From Spongiibacteraceae bacterium (GTDB lineage: Bacteria > Pseudomonadota > Gammaproteobacteria > Pseudomonadales > CAMLJR01): a DNA stretch of 64,000 nucleotides. This document shows, in pieces, positions 30,301 to 39,565 of this stretch. Position 1 is the first letter of the stretch; every line of letters begins with the position of its first letter. The position numbers and the translations under genes were made by a program. Under the pieces are notes generated by a model, which was not told the DNA's origin, made no database searches, and saw only the letters and a program-made list of their open reading frames with translations. The stretch is from NCBI GenBank assembly GCA_047602265.1, contig JASGHU010000001.1, positions 1,154,346-1,218,345 of the forward strand, read 5' to 3'.

Positions 30301-30901
30301 GATTTTGGCCGAGGCGTGTCGTCAGGTTCGTCATTGGTATGAGCACACCGGCGCTTGGCTGCCGGTGGCGGTCAATGTCTCGGTGCTGCAGATTGCGAAT
30401 CGTCAGTTTGGCGAGAAGGCCATCGCTATTCTGCGCAACAGCGGATTGCCGGCCGGCATCATCGAATTGGAAATCACCGAGTCGGCGCTGATGTCCGATA
30501 TTGAATACGGCATGCAATTGATTGGCGCATTAAAAGATGCAGGATTTTCGATTGCGCTCGATGATTTCGGCACCGGCTATTCCAGCCTGGGTTATCTGCG
30601 TAAATTCATGCCCAATACTTTGAAGATCGATCGCAGTTTTATCGCCGATCTGACTATCGAATCCCACGATCGTGAAATTGTCGCCGGCATTATTCAGTTG
30701 GCGAAGGCATTAAATATCCATGTGGTCGCGGAAGGTATCGAGCTGGTCGAGCAGCGTAATATTTTGGGCCGATTGGGTTGTGTGTGCGGACAGGGTTATT
30801 TATTCGGTCGGCCATTGCCTGCGGAACAATTCGAGAGCGGGGTGTTGATGGTGACGCGCGCCGCTGTCGATAAAGTATCGCGCGCACGCGCAGCCCCCTG
30901 A
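27302..30901 (+). CDS. Membrane sensor with multiple PAS domains + GGDEF + EAL (c-di-GMP turnover)
   Basis: The N-terminus is hydrophobic. Several PAS-like blocks are present. GGDEF reads ARTGGDEFAIV, with no RxxD upstream. EAL motifs are EALLRW, DDFGTGYSSLGYL and KIDRSF. The ORF opens at TTG 27287. Confidence 0.85.
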   Translation: MPVNALRRMLQSQSSSPLAHLPASVALGLALPSAILGIVLIGMNLHLVGMLAWAAAIAMIAAALRGLYAAGVVAGLALAGALLWRLILGDSTVLSGAEQMALIVLTLLAGGIGRLVSRDIQQRERVAAAQLQLDVFAKMIESVLESSRDCVKLLATDGSILSINATGLKLIGVESAEQIVGKNWFSLWGTEQQKSLASAWHQVLTRGHAQFDGSCRIFTGERRTWHNTFTLVRTPDQNQPYVVCISCDMTDSVNMQQTLDTSVAQLRGLLNHIDEGSLAIDNSWTIRFANRCGEQLCANLDRANPVGRSLWEVFPFKRDEPASILIRRVMEEQAMQHFDYFFAPQQLWLSISVFPANSGIYILARDITALKQTQQASAEENARLQVAQEIAGFGDWGFDYDQGSMQFSARAVAMLEMENCAPHEYKKHLLDKLNARDRMALVQSIINCTEAAPTLDLIVSFPGRDGANKHLHWIGRLLTDERGNAARMLGAIQDISEHLNAQHSLEKARSLVRDLVDALPQQIIVLDKDGKLVVANRSWLELRKRYYRNEDAPSNFFELCDEENSKRTIVAKAQQAAQSILNAEQDRIEYEYTIDHGGKLQHFLLQARALRNNSELLALLVHQETTALKRSLNAASNAERMVYKLAENMPEMFWIYDAEANCYSYMSPAIERIFGIPPSVVLNKDLSFVDYIHPDDRDHVQQLLAQLLHGEAQLNIDCRIINAQGELRWINNNSISLRDENGKVAQIVGISRDITSTKLYEQQLLEAAYHDDLTGFANRVALRNHLAQCAQRTESTVLLLLNIDRFKNINDTLGHACGDELLQQVAQRLRTALTDVFIARTGGDEFAIVCTTAQRHTIIDAALLCFTEAFSLAEENAFVTASLGVAMYPDDSDSIDGLIKCAGAALQRAKAAGRNNYQLFKDTMSLPSRERLALENELRSAAQCNEFELFYQGKFDLERGTLVGAEALLRWRSPKRGLISPAEFIPLLEETGLIIAVGEWILAEACRQVRHWYEHTGAWLPVAVNVSVLQIANRQFGEKAIAILRNSGLPAGIIELEITESALMSDIEYGMQLIGALKDAGFSIALDDFGTGYSSLGYLRKFMPNTLKIDRSFIADLTIESHDREIVAGIIQLAKALNIHVVAEGIELVEQRNILGRLGCVCGQGYLFGRPLPAEQFESGVLMVTRAAVDKVSRARAAP

Positions 30902-30926
30902 GTTTTCCGTACGCCGAGTACGGGCG

Positions 30927-31589
30927 TTATTTTTTCTTGGTAGCATCGCTCACGGCGGCGTCGCTTTCGCGCACTGCATTCAATCCCGCTTCCATTCCCT
31001 GCTGTTCCCAAATCGGTTTGATCGCATTGTGAATGGTGAGGCTGGCATCGATGCCATCGACCACCATATTGTTGATCAGCCATGCGCCTGAGTTGTTGCT
31101 GAGCATGAAATCGACCTGAATGGTCTGCCCGTTCGGGCGTCGGATGCGCGAGCGCGCCTGACTTTTATTGCCTTCCTCTTTCACGCTGATCACGCTCAGC
31201 GTGTCGCCCGAATAACTCGACAGCGCAACCGCGTACGTTTTCACGATCGAATCGATCACGCGCTGCTGTGCGTCCTGCTGTTTTCCCGCCTGCGTCAATT
31301 GTGTCCAGAACTGGCGATAGACGCGTCGCGCCAGATATTGCTGATCGATATGCGGAACAATTTCGTTGCGAATCATTTGCTCTATCGCCGCGCGATCGTC
31401 GATGCGATGGGCTTTGTACAATTTATCGAGCTCGGAACTGACGCGTTCGATCAATTGATTGACAACGGCGGCCGAGTCTTCGGCGAAACTTCTGGGTGCG
31501 CTGAGCAGTGCCAGCGTGATAAACAGGTAGCGCGCAAACATGAAAAGAAAGGGTTGCGCGGTAATTGACCGTATCGGTTTTGGTTTCAT
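30927..31589 (-). CDS. MlaC/Ttg2D-family periplasmic lipid-binding protein (orphan)
   Basis: The start at ATG 31589 has a GAGGA RBS. A signal peptide is present (FITLALLSAPRSFA|E). The MlaC-like core reads I.PHID...LARRVYRQFW and WLINNMVVDGI.... Confidence 0.7.
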   Translation of the reverse strand: MKPKPIRSITAQPFLFMFARYLFITLALLSAPRSFAEDSAAVVNQLIERVSSELDKLYKAHRIDDRAAIEQMIRNEIVPHIDQQYLARRVYRQFWTQLTQAGKQQDAQQRVIDSIVKTYAVALSSYSGDTLSVISVKEEGNKSQARSRIRRPNGQTIQVDFMLSNNSGAWLINNMVVDGIDASLTIHNAIKPIWEQQGMEAGLNAVRESDAAVSDATKKK

Positions 31590-31875
31590 TGTGGTCCTCG
31601 CCTGAACAGTTGTTTGAGAGTGTGCGCAAGTCACGGACACGTCGAAGTTTGACCTGCAATACTCCGATTTTACTCATTTTGGCGATATCTTTGCCCGCTT
31701 ATGGCGTTAGCTGTGGTGAGACATGGCTTGAACCGTGGCGAGATGTCGCAGGCGGTTGGAGGGTGCGGTGTGGCACTCGATCTAACAGATTCAGTCGATC
31801 TAACATATTTAATGCGTTGCGTTTCGATTTGCCTCGCTATACTCACCAAAGTCTCAGGGGAGAGGACGAACCATC

Positions 31876-33177
31876 GTGGCTGAATGGTTTGAACAATGGA
31901 TCGGACGTTCGCAATCCGCGTTGTTCGTCGCGGTTGGCATGTTTTACTTTTTTGTCCTGGTGGTCGTGTGGTATTTCGTGCGCAAGCGCCATCGACAACT
32001 GTTGGAAAGTGAGGCGCGCTACCAGCAGCTCAATCGCGAATTGGAACAACGCATCGACGAGCGCACGCGCGAGCTCGAAGTGAGTAACTCCGAGTTGGCG
32101 CAACAGATCGTGATGCGCGAATACATGCAGCAGGAGCTGCGCACCAGCAACGAAAATCTCAACCGCTATCTGGAAGAGCTCGAGCGCCAGAACGAAGACA
32201 TTACCCGCCTCAATCTTTTAAGCGATCGCCTGCATTGTTGCGATACGCACGCGGAATTACTCGACGTGGTCGCGCGCAGCTGTACCGATTTATTCGATGC
32301 AGTGGGCGGCGCGTTGCTGGAGTGGCGCGGCGATCAATTGCAGCAACTGGGCGAATCCTGGGGATGCGGCATCGATAAGGATTGGGTGCCGCCATCCGAA
32401 GCGCTGTTCGCGCTGCAATTGGGGCGCATGTTTCCCGATTCCGCCGAAGAACAAAGTCTGTTGCCCGTGGTGAAATACCATTCGCACTACGTGTTGATGG
32501 CCGTATTGCAATCGCGCGGTCACAGCATCGGCGTGCTGGTGCTGTTGCGCGAGCAGCCCTTCTGGAGCGGCGAAACGCTGCTCGACGAGCGTTTCGATCA
32601 GCTGTTGCGTGCATTGGTCGATCACATCGCCCTGGCGTTTAGCAATCTCATGCTGCGCGAGCAGTTGCGCGAACAGTCGCTGAGCGATCCGCTCACCGGC
32701 TTGTTCAATCGCCGCTACATGTTCCAGCAAATGGCGCGACTGATGGCGCTGTGGGAGCGTGGCGGGCAGGCGTTCGCCGTGATCGCCATCGATGTCGATC
32801 ATTTCAAATCCTTCAATGACCGCTTCGGCCACGATGTGGGCGACGAAGTATTAGTCGGCATTGCGCAGGTCTTACAGAGCGAAGTGCGCAAAAGCGATAT
32901 CGCCTGCCGCATGGGCGGCGAGGAGTTCGTGATTTTGATGGCGGGCGCCAGTGTCGAGTTGGCACAGGAGCGCGCCGAAAAATTACGCGCGGCCGTAAAG
33001 TCTCTGACCATTTCCGGTGCTCCGGGACAGGTCGTGACGATTTCAGCCGGCGTGGCGCTGTATCCGAATCACGGCGACGATTCGTTTTCGCTGCTGCGCG
33101 CAGCGGATCAGGCGCTCTACGAAAGCAAACGTGCGGGGCGCGATTGCATCCGATTGGCGCTTACCGAAAGTGATTAA
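31876..33177 (+). CDS. Diguanylate cyclase: TM helix, coiled coil, GAF-like sensor region, GGDEF
   Basis: GGDEF reads CRMGGEEFVILM with an RxxD I-site (RKSD). The N-terminal TM helix is ALFVAVGMFYFFVLVVVWYFV, and a coiled coil (about aa 40-110) follows. Confidence 0.8.
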   Translation: MAEWFEQWIGRSQSALFVAVGMFYFFVLVVVWYFVRKRHRQLLESEARYQQLNRELEQRIDERTRELEVSNSELAQQIVMREYMQQELRTSNENLNRYLEELERQNEDITRLNLLSDRLHCCDTHAELLDVVARSCTDLFDAVGGALLEWRGDQLQQLGESWGCGIDKDWVPPSEALFALQLGRMFPDSAEEQSLLPVVKYHSHYVLMAVLQSRGHSIGVLVLLREQPFWSGETLLDERFDQLLRALVDHIALAFSNLMLREQLREQSLSDPLTGLFNRRYMFQQMARLMALWERGGQAFAVIAIDVDHFKSFNDRFGHDVGDEVLVGIAQVLQSEVRKSDIACRMGGEEFVILMAGASVELAQERAEKLRAAVKSLTISGAPGQVVTISAGVALYPNHGDDSFSLLRAADQALYESKRAGRDCIRLALTESD

Positions 33178-33311
33178 TGCACAATTATTGGTAGTTGTAC
33201 TGTTGAAAGTGTTGCGTTAGCGGAGTTGGCAAGAGCATTTATACTAGTCATCATTGTGTGAACTAGATCAAGCTTTCGCCTCCGGCCACGGAGCGATCCG
33301 AGGATACCGCC

Positions 33312-35063
33312 ATGCCAAGCCATCGTCGCAAACTATTACCGCTTTGCATCGCTGCATCGCTGCTCGCGGGTGTTGGCACCCGTGCCGCTGCGATCGGGGT
33401 TGGCGACATCCATCTGCAATCCTTTCTCGGCGCGCCGCTGCAGGCCGAAATTCCGCTCAATCATCTCGGTGAATTAAGCGTCGATCAGCTCAAGGTTCAG
33501 CTCGGATCGCAGGATGATTACGGCGCGATGGGCGTCGATTACAGCTATTTGCACAGCCAGTTCAAAATCGAGCCTATCGTTAAAAACGGGCAGGGCTATG
33601 TGCGCATTTCCACGCGCGAGCCGGTCACCGAACCCTATCTGAATTTTGTCTTGAATCTGCGCTGGCCGCAGGGGCAGTTGGTGCGCGAATTCACTGTGCT
33701 GCTCGATCCGCCGACAACCGCGGTGGCGGCCGGCGCTACATCCCCGCAACCGGTGGCAACGCGTGAGCCGTCGGCCGCAAATGCTGTGGTTGCAGATGTA
33801 CCGGCATCACCATCGAAGCGCCAGCCGCGTCCTGTAGCCCAAAACCTCCCGGCAAGTCAGGTGCCGAGCGAAGGTCGCTATACGATTCAGCGCGGCGATA
33901 GCCTGTGGCGCATCGCCAATCGTATGCATGCGCCAGCGCCGGTCGAGCAGGTGATGGCGGCGATTCTGGCGAATAACCCCGGCGCGTTCATCAACGGCAA
34001 TCCCAATCTTCTGAAAGAGGCAGTGACTATTGCGCTACCCGATGCGCAGCAAATTGCGGCGGCCGATCACGGTGTCGAAGCGGGCAGCACTGTTGCTGCA
34101 GCCGGGCCTGCTGTAACGACAGCCGCACCGACAACTGCGCAGAGCGTTGCCGATGCGGCACCAGCCAGTGCCGGTGTATCGGCGTTGATCGAGGAAAACT
34201 CGGCGCTGAAAACCCAGGTCAACGATTTGACCAGCAACGTTGCTTCGTTGAACGAGAATCTGGCGCAGTCCGAGCAGCGCTTGCATCAGCTCGAATCGCA
34301 GTTGAACGAGTTGATCCAGCAAATGCAGCAGCAGCGCGCGACTGTGGCGGCGATGCGCGGCAACGCGGAATCGGCCAATACCGAGCTTGTGCAGAGCACG
34401 GGTTCGGTCATCAACCAGGTCAACGCGGCCGATTTGCAGGGGCTTGGCAAAGCGCACACCCCGTGGTGGGTGCACCTGCTGTATTGGCTCGGGATCGGCG
34501 GCGCGGTGACTTGGGCAGTGCGTGAACATTTCTGGCCGCAGCGGCGTTTGAGTGCGGCGACGATCGGTGGCGGCACGGTGCCGGTCCATCACGATTCGGG
34601 CTCCGCGATGGCGCGTGCGTCAACCCCTGCGTTTGGCAGCCGTATTACCACTGTGCAGAAAGCGGCCGAAATAGAAATAGACGAGCTGGAAATCGATGAG
34701 TTACCGGCGCTGGATGATGCGGCAAACGCTGCCATTGAGCGCGAGCAGTCCACACCGCAATTGCAGCGCACCGTGGAGCCGGCGCCCCAGTTGCTGCGCA
34801 ACAACGAAGACCCGGTCGATCCGAGTATCAGCGCGGGCGTGTTCGTCGCCTTCGGCCGCTTCGACGAGGCGGAAACGCTGTTGCGCGAGGCGCTGTATCG
34901 CGACCCATCGCGTATCGATCTGAAATTGCAATTGCTCGATGTCTTCATGCAATCCGATCAGCCCGGCGCATTCGATGATCTCGCGGCGGAAATCGAACAG
35001 GAGGCGAGCACGCCGGAAACACTCGCCGAGCTTGCCGTGTTGCGCGATAGTTATCGCCGCTAG
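33312..35063 (+). CDS. fimV: FimV/HubP-like peptidoglycan-binding polar organiser (LysM, coiled coil, TM helix, FimV C-terminal TPR-like motif)
   Basis: The FimV N-domain reads LGAPLQAEIPL. The LysM segment reads YTIQRGDSLWRIANRM...AILANNPGAFINGNPNLLKEAVTIALP. A TM helix (WWVHLLYWLGIGGAVTWAV) and an acidic region follow. The C-terminal motif reads GRFDEAETLLREAL..DP.R.DLKLQLLDVF. The protein is shorter than Pseudomonas FimV. Confidence 0.75.
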   Translation: MPSHRRKLLPLCIAASLLAGVGTRAAAIGVGDIHLQSFLGAPLQAEIPLNHLGELSVDQLKVQLGSQDDYGAMGVDYSYLHSQFKIEPIVKNGQGYVRISTREPVTEPYLNFVLNLRWPQGQLVREFTVLLDPPTTAVAAGATSPQPVATREPSAANAVVADVPASPSKRQPRPVAQNLPASQVPSEGRYTIQRGDSLWRIANRMHAPAPVEQVMAAILANNPGAFINGNPNLLKEAVTIALPDAQQIAAADHGVEAGSTVAAAGPAVTTAAPTTAQSVADAAPASAGVSALIEENSALKTQVNDLTSNVASLNENLAQSEQRLHQLESQLNELIQQMQQQRATVAAMRGNAESANTELVQSTGSVINQVNAADLQGLGKAHTPWWVHLLYWLGIGGAVTWAVREHFWPQRRLSAATIGGGTVPVHHDSGSAMARASTPAFGSRITTVQKAAEIEIDELEIDELPALDDAANAAIEREQSTPQLQRTVEPAPQLLRNNEDPVDPSISAGVFVAFGRFDEAETLLREALYRDPSRIDLKLQLLDVFMQSDQPGAFDDLAAEIEQEASTPETLAELAVLRDSYRR

Positions 35064-35213
35064 CCGTTTAATTTTTCGCTAGCGGTTTTCACCGGCTTCA
35101 AGTTTGGTGAAGCAAAAGTTCCTCAGCCCTCGGAGCGTCATGCGAAGAGGGTTTTTGTTTGCCTGAATTTTTTCGCATATCAGCAATCGCGTCGTATTAA
35201 CAATGGCGCAGCA

Positions 35214-36143
35214 TTAACAATCACCGAGCGCGGCAAATAATTTCGGCAACTGCTGCAAAAACCATTGCTTTGCCCGTCCGTTCGGATCGATGCGCCACGC
35301 CAAATACAATTCCACCTTGAAATGCGAGTCGGGCGATGCGACGGGAATTTGCCGCAAACTGCCGCGCGTGAGTGCATCGCGCGCGAGCACGGCGGGCACC
35401 GTGCCGATACCGAGACCGGCTTCAAGCGCGGCGATTTTCGCGGCAAAACTGCTCACGGTGAGTGTCGGTTGGCGTAAACCCAAACGCACGCTGTGCGCGG
35501 GGCGCTGACGCGCGGTGTCAGCAATCGCGATGCCGCGAAAACTTTCCAGATCGAATGTTTTGCTGTCTTCGGGCGATGAGAGCGCTGCAAATACCGGATG
35601 TGTCGGCGCCGCCACATAAATAAAACTGACGCTGCCGATTTTTTTGCGGCGAAATAATTTCGGCAGTTCGATCTGTCCCGAACCGATGGCGATATCGGCG
35701 CGTCCCGATTCGAGCGCATCCCACGGCCCCGTCAACACTTCGCCGAGCACGCGCACATTGGTATTCGCATTTTGCGTACTCTGCATGTCGTAAAAGCGCG
35801 AGATCAGCGGCAGCAATAATTGCTCGGGATAAACCTGATCGATGGCGATGGCGAGCTGCGGTTCCCAGCCGCCGGCAATCGTGCGCGCATCCTCGACCAA
35901 TTGATTCGAAGCAGCGAGCAGCTCGCGTCCGCGCTCGACCAGCATCTTCCCCGCCGCGGTTAATTTCGCGCGATGGCCCGAGCGATCGAAGATCGCGATA
36001 TCCAAATCCTCTTCGAGCTTTTGCACCGTATACGACACCGCCGAGGTGACGCGATGCAACTCAGCCGCAGCAGCGGCGAAACTGCCGCGCCGCGCAATGG
36101 TTTCGATAACGCGCAGGGCGTCGAGAGTGAGCGCTTGATTCAT
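35214..36143 (-). CDS. LysR-family transcriptional regulator
   Basis: An N-terminal wHTH is present (LRVIETIARRGSFAAAAAELHRVTSAVSYTVQKLEEDL) with a LysR substrate-binding fold. It is divergent from the pirin gene. Confidence 0.9.
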   Translation of the reverse strand: MNQALTLDALRVIETIARRGSFAAAAAELHRVTSAVSYTVQKLEEDLDIAIFDRSGHRAKLTAAGKMLVERGRELLAASNQLVEDARTIAGGWEPQLAIAIDQVYPEQLLLPLISRFYDMQSTQNANTNVRVLGEVLTGPWDALESGRADIAIGSGQIELPKLFRRKKIGSVSFIYVAAPTHPVFAALSSPEDSKTFDLESFRGIAIADTARQRPAHSVRLGLRQPTLTVSSFAAKIAALEAGLGIGTVPAVLARDALTRGSLRQIPVASPDSHFKVELYLAWRIDPNGRAKQWFLQQLPKLFAALGDC

Positions 36144-36297
36144 GTCGATCGAAATTTTTGAACGAGAAGATCAAAACTTATCGCTTTTTGTCGCGCCATG
36201 AAAGGCCTAGATTTCTCTCCACACGCGGCGCGAACGAAATATCGCTCGCTACCAGTTAAAAAGAATGGTACCCGCACAAATCGAGAGGAGATTGATC

Positions 36298-36993
36298 ATG
36301 TTGATTCCTTATCCGAAAGAGCGACGCGGTTACACCAGCATCGATTGGCTCGAAAGCTATCACACGTTTTCGTTCGGCGATTTCTACGATGCCGAGCGCA
36401 TGGGCGTATCGGTGTTGCGCGTGATCAACGACGATGTGATTCGCGGTGGTGGCGGTTTCGGTACGCACCCGCATCGCGATATGGAAATTCTCACCTACAT
36501 GGTCGATGGCACGATTGCACATCGCGACAGCATCGGTCACACCGAAGAAATTCGCGTGGGCGAAGTGCAGCGCATGACGGCGGGTCGCGGCATAGCGCAC
36601 AGCGAATTCAACGCATCGCGCGATAAAGATTTGCGTCTGCTGCAAATCTGGATCAAGCCCGCGCAAATGGGATTGCCGCCATCGTACGAGCAGAAAACCA
36701 TTGATCAGCGCGACGGCGTCACCTGGATCGCGAGCGGCGATCACACGCCGGGCACAATTCATATTCATCAGGATGTGCGCGTAGCTCGCGTGCGCGGCGA
36801 AGGTAAACACGAATTACCGCTCGCGAAAGATCGCATCGGTTTTCTGCAAGTGGTGCACGGCAGCGCCAATGTCGGTGAAATGAAATTGAATGTTGGCGAT
36901 GCGCTTGCCGTGGTCGAAGAAGCCAATCCGCAATTGCAGTTGGCGAACGACAGCGAAGTACTGTGGTTCGATCTGCCGACACTGCGGCATTGA
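36298..36993 (+). CDS. Pirin-family protein
   Basis: The pirin metal-site context is present (GFGTHPHRDMEILTYMVDGTIAHRDSIG...AGRGIAHSE). ATG at 36298 has a GAGAGGAG RBS. Confidence 0.9.
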   Translation: MLIPYPKERRGYTSIDWLESYHTFSFGDFYDAERMGVSVLRVINDDVIRGGGGFGTHPHRDMEILTYMVDGTIAHRDSIGHTEEIRVGEVQRMTAGRGIAHSEFNASRDKDLRLLQIWIKPAQMGLPPSYEQKTIDQRDGVTWIASGDHTPGTIHIHQDVRVARVRGEGKHELPLAKDRIGFLQVVHGSANVGEMKLNVGDALAVVEEANPQLQLANDSEVLWFDLPTLRH

Positions 36994-37004
36994 TTTCGAA
37001 AATC

Positions 37005-37068
37005 GTAGGGGCGCTGCTTGCTGTGCCCATGTTTGAATGATTCAGGGCGCGGCAAGCAGCGCCCCTAC
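37005..37068. repeat. REP-like extragenic palindrome (17-bp perfect arms GTAGGGGCGCTGCTTGC / GCAAGCAGCGCCCCTAC, 30-nt spacer)
   Basis: Read directly from the sequence. It lies in the 103-nt gap between the pirin and nitroreductase genes. The arm sequence resembles the Pseudomonas REP style GTAGGAGCG..CTTGC. Confidence 0.7.
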
Positions 37069-37096
37069 AGTACGGTCATTAATTTAGGTGGAAAAA

Positions 37097-37696
37097 ATGA
37101 ACCCAAAACAATCACTCGACGACAGCGCACTCGCGCAATTATTTACCGAAGCGCGTACGCATACGAAGTGGCAGGAGCGCACTATCGACGATGCGTTGTT
37201 GCATCGCTTATACGAAATCGTGAAGTGGGCGCCGACCAGCATGAACACCAATCCCGCGCGCTTCGTATTCGTAACCAGTGCAGAGGCAAAAGAGCGTTTG
37301 CGTCCCGCACTTTCAGCCGGTAATGTCGAGAAAATGATGACTGCGCCGCTCACGGTGATCGTTGCAAGCGATCCGAAATTCTACGAGCATCTGCCGGAGT
37401 TATATCCCGCCAATCCGAAAGCGGCCGAGATGTATCGCAGCAAACCCGAAGCGGCCGCCGAGACGGCGTTCAGAAATAGTTCGTTACAGGGTGCGTATTT
37501 GATTTTGGCAGCGCGCGCACTCGGTCTGGATTGCGGGCCGATGTCGGGTTTCGATAATGCAAAAGTCGACGCCGAATTTTTTGCGCAAAATGGTTATCGC
37601 TCGAATTTTTTAATCAACATCGGCTACGCTCGCGAGAATTCGACGTATCCACGCGGGCCGCGTCTGTCATTCGAGCAGGCGGTGCAAATCTTATAA
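37097..37696 (+). CDS. RutE-like nitroreductase-family protein (malonic semialdehyde reductase-like)
   Basis: The product is collinear with E. coli RutE (LF..ARTH..W.E......L..LY...KW.PTS.N..PAR.VF....E.KERLRPALS.GN..K...AP.T.IVA.D..FYE.LP, AFRNSS.Q.AYLI...RALGLD.GPMSGFD, NFLINIGY). An AGGTGG RBS lies before ATG 37097. Confidence 0.8.
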   Translation: MNPKQSLDDSALAQLFTEARTHTKWQERTIDDALLHRLYEIVKWAPTSMNTNPARFVFVTSAEAKERLRPALSAGNVEKMMTAPLTVIVASDPKFYEHLPELYPANPKAAEMYRSKPEAAAETAFRNSSLQGAYLILAARALGLDCGPMSGFDNAKVDAEFFAQNGYRSNFLINIGYARENSTYPRGPRLSFEQAVQIL

Positions 37697-37722
37697 ATCG
37701 GAAATAGAAAAAGGAGAGTTTC

Positions 37723-38265
37723 ATGACCACGCGCATTCGCTACACGAACATTGCAATCGCATTGCATTGGTTGATAGCACTGTTGATTATCGCGACATTT
37801 TTTCTCGGCCTGACCATGGTGGATATGCCCGGAATCACGCCGACAAAAATGAAGTACTTCAACTGGCATAAATGGATGGGGGTAACTGTGTTGGGATTGG
37901 CGGTGTTGCGTTTGTTGTGGCGTCTGACGCACAAAGCACCGGCGCTGCCTGCATCGATGCCGAAATGGGAGCAACTCGCCGCTGAGCTCGGCCATCTCGG
38001 TTTATATGTGTTGATGTTTGCGGTGCCGCTGTCGGGATATTTTTACAGTTTGTCTGCAGGCTACCCGGTGGTTTATTTGGGGCTGATCCCGCTGCCGGTT
38101 TTGATGGAAAAAAATCTCGAATTGAAGCCGATTCTGGAAGAGGCGCATTTCTGGCTGAACATGGGGCTTGCTGCGCTGGTGTCGGTACATGTGCTCGCAG
38201 TGATCAAACATCAATTCATCGATCGCACACCGATATTGCGGCGAATGTTGCCCGGTAGTGATTAA
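37723..38265 (+). CDS. Cytochrome b561 family protein (CybB/YodB-like)
   Basis: There are four TM helices with conserved His residues (IALHWLIALLII, NWHKWMGV, HFWL, VHVLAVIKH). An AAGGAG RBS is present. Confidence 0.85.
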   Translation: MTTRIRYTNIAIALHWLIALLIIATFFLGLTMVDMPGITPTKMKYFNWHKWMGVTVLGLAVLRLLWRLTHKAPALPASMPKWEQLAAELGHLGLYVLMFAVPLSGYFYSLSAGYPVVYLGLIPLPVLMEKNLELKPILEEAHFWLNMGLAALVSVHVLAVIKHQFIDRTPILRRMLPGSD

Positions 38266-38325
38266 TTTTTTGGCTGCTGTGAATTTTTCTAGTGAGCTGT
38301 CGTCTGAGTTTGCGCGGAGGATGAA

Positions 38326-38889
38326 ATGAAAATTGCAAAGTTCCTGACTGATTCGATATTGACCCCTATTGTATTTCTGACCTCTGTTGCATTTGTCGAG
38401 GCGGCCACGATTCATTCGAGTAAGAGTTCGGTGGTGGTGACATTCAAGCAGGAGGGTGTTGCGGTTCCGGCCAATTTCAAAAATGTGAGCGGCACGATCG
38501 ATTTCGATGCGGCGAACCCTGCTAATAGCAAAGCGCAAATCGCGGTGGCGTTGACAAGTTTCGATCTCGGCGAGCCCGAGTACAACAAAGAAGTGCAGAA
38601 GAAGGAATGGTTCAATAGCGCGCAATTTCCGCAGGCGACATTCGTCAGCAGCGATATTAAATCTGCTGGCGCCGGAAAGCTCGTCGCGCAAGGTAAGTTA
38701 ACGATTAAAGGTAAAGCGCTCGATGTGTCGGTGCCAATTGCGTTCAAGCAGGAAGGTAAGACGCAAGTTTTCGAAGGACAGTTGCCGATCAAACGTTTGT
38801 TTTTCAATATCGGCGAAGGCGAGTGGAAAGATACCGACATACTGGCCGATGAAGTCGTTATCAAATTCAAAGTAGTCACCAATCAGTAA
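38326..38889 (+). CDS. YceI-family periplasmic protein
   Basis: A signal peptide and a YceI lipocalin-like pattern are present (F....G.......F..V.G.I.FD, ...FP.ATF.S......G.....G.LTI.G). The gene lies downstream of cytochrome b561, the usual pairing. Confidence 0.8.
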   Translation: MKIAKFLTDSILTPIVFLTSVAFVEAATIHSSKSSVVVTFKQEGVAVPANFKNVSGTIDFDAANPANSKAQIAVALTSFDLGEPEYNKEVQKKEWFNSAQFPQATFVSSDIKSAGAGKLVAQGKLTIKGKALDVSVPIAFKQEGKTQVFEGQLPIKRLFFNIGEGEWKDTDILADEVVIKFKVVTNQ

Positions 38890-38924
38890 TTTTATCGATA
38901 GACATTAATCAAGGAGATAACAGC

Positions 38925-39500
38925 ATGAAAAAATTATTGTTGAGCACGGTGCTTGCAGCTACTGCGGTCAGCGTAAACGCCGCGCCGGTCACTTACGAGC
39001 TAGATCCAAGCCATACCTATCCGAGTTTTGAGGCCGATCATTTTGGCGGGTTATCGGTCTGGCGCGGAAAATTTGCCAAGAGTGCCGGCAAAGTTGTGCT
39101 CGATCGCGCTGCAAAAACCGGCACCATCGATGTGACGATTCAGACCGACTCGGTAGATTTCGGCCACGAAAAAATGGATACGCACGCCAAGAGCGGCGAG
39201 ATCCTTGATGTGGCGAAATACCCGACTGCGACTTACAAGGGAAAATTCACCGCGTTTAACGGCGATGTGCCGACCGAAGCTAAGGGTGACTTCACCTTGC
39301 ATGGCGTGACCAAGCCGCTCACGCTGAAAATCAACCGCTTCAAATGTATGCCGCATCCGATGAAGAAAATCGAAGTCTGCGGGGCCGATGCATCGGCCGA
39401 ATTCAATCGCGCTGATTTCGGTGTGAATTATGGCCAGGCGTACGGTTTCGACATGGGTGTGAAATTACAAATTCAGGTCGAAGGCCTTAAAGCTGATTGA
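38925..39500 (+). CDS. YceI-family polyisoprenoid-binding protein
   Basis: A signal peptide is present ([14 protein letters not shown]|A). The core reads [27 protein letters not shown]....G.V.LD and [19 protein letters not shown]. Confidence 0.85.
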   Translation: MKKLLLSTVLAATAVSVNAAPVTYELDPSHTYPSFEADHFGGLSVWRGKFAKSAGKVVLDRAAKTGTIDVTIQTDSVDFGHEKMDTHAKSGEILDVAKYPTATYKGKFTAFNGDVPTEAKGDFTLHGVTKPLTLKINRFKCMPHPMKKIEVCGADASAEFNRADFGVNYGQAYGFDMGVKLQIQVEGLKAD

Positions 39501-39517
39501 TGTTGAGTTAAGTACGA

Positions 39518-39555
39518 GGCAATAAAAAACCGCCGGGAGGCGGTTTTTTATTGCC
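39518..39555. terminator. Bidirectional rho-independent terminator (GGCAATAAAAAACCGCC GGGA GGCGGTTTTTTATTGCC)
   Basis: The 17-bp arms are perfectly palindromic, with a GC stem flanked by A- and T-runs, between convergent genes. Confidence 0.9.
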
Positions 39556-39565
39556 TGAGTTTTTC

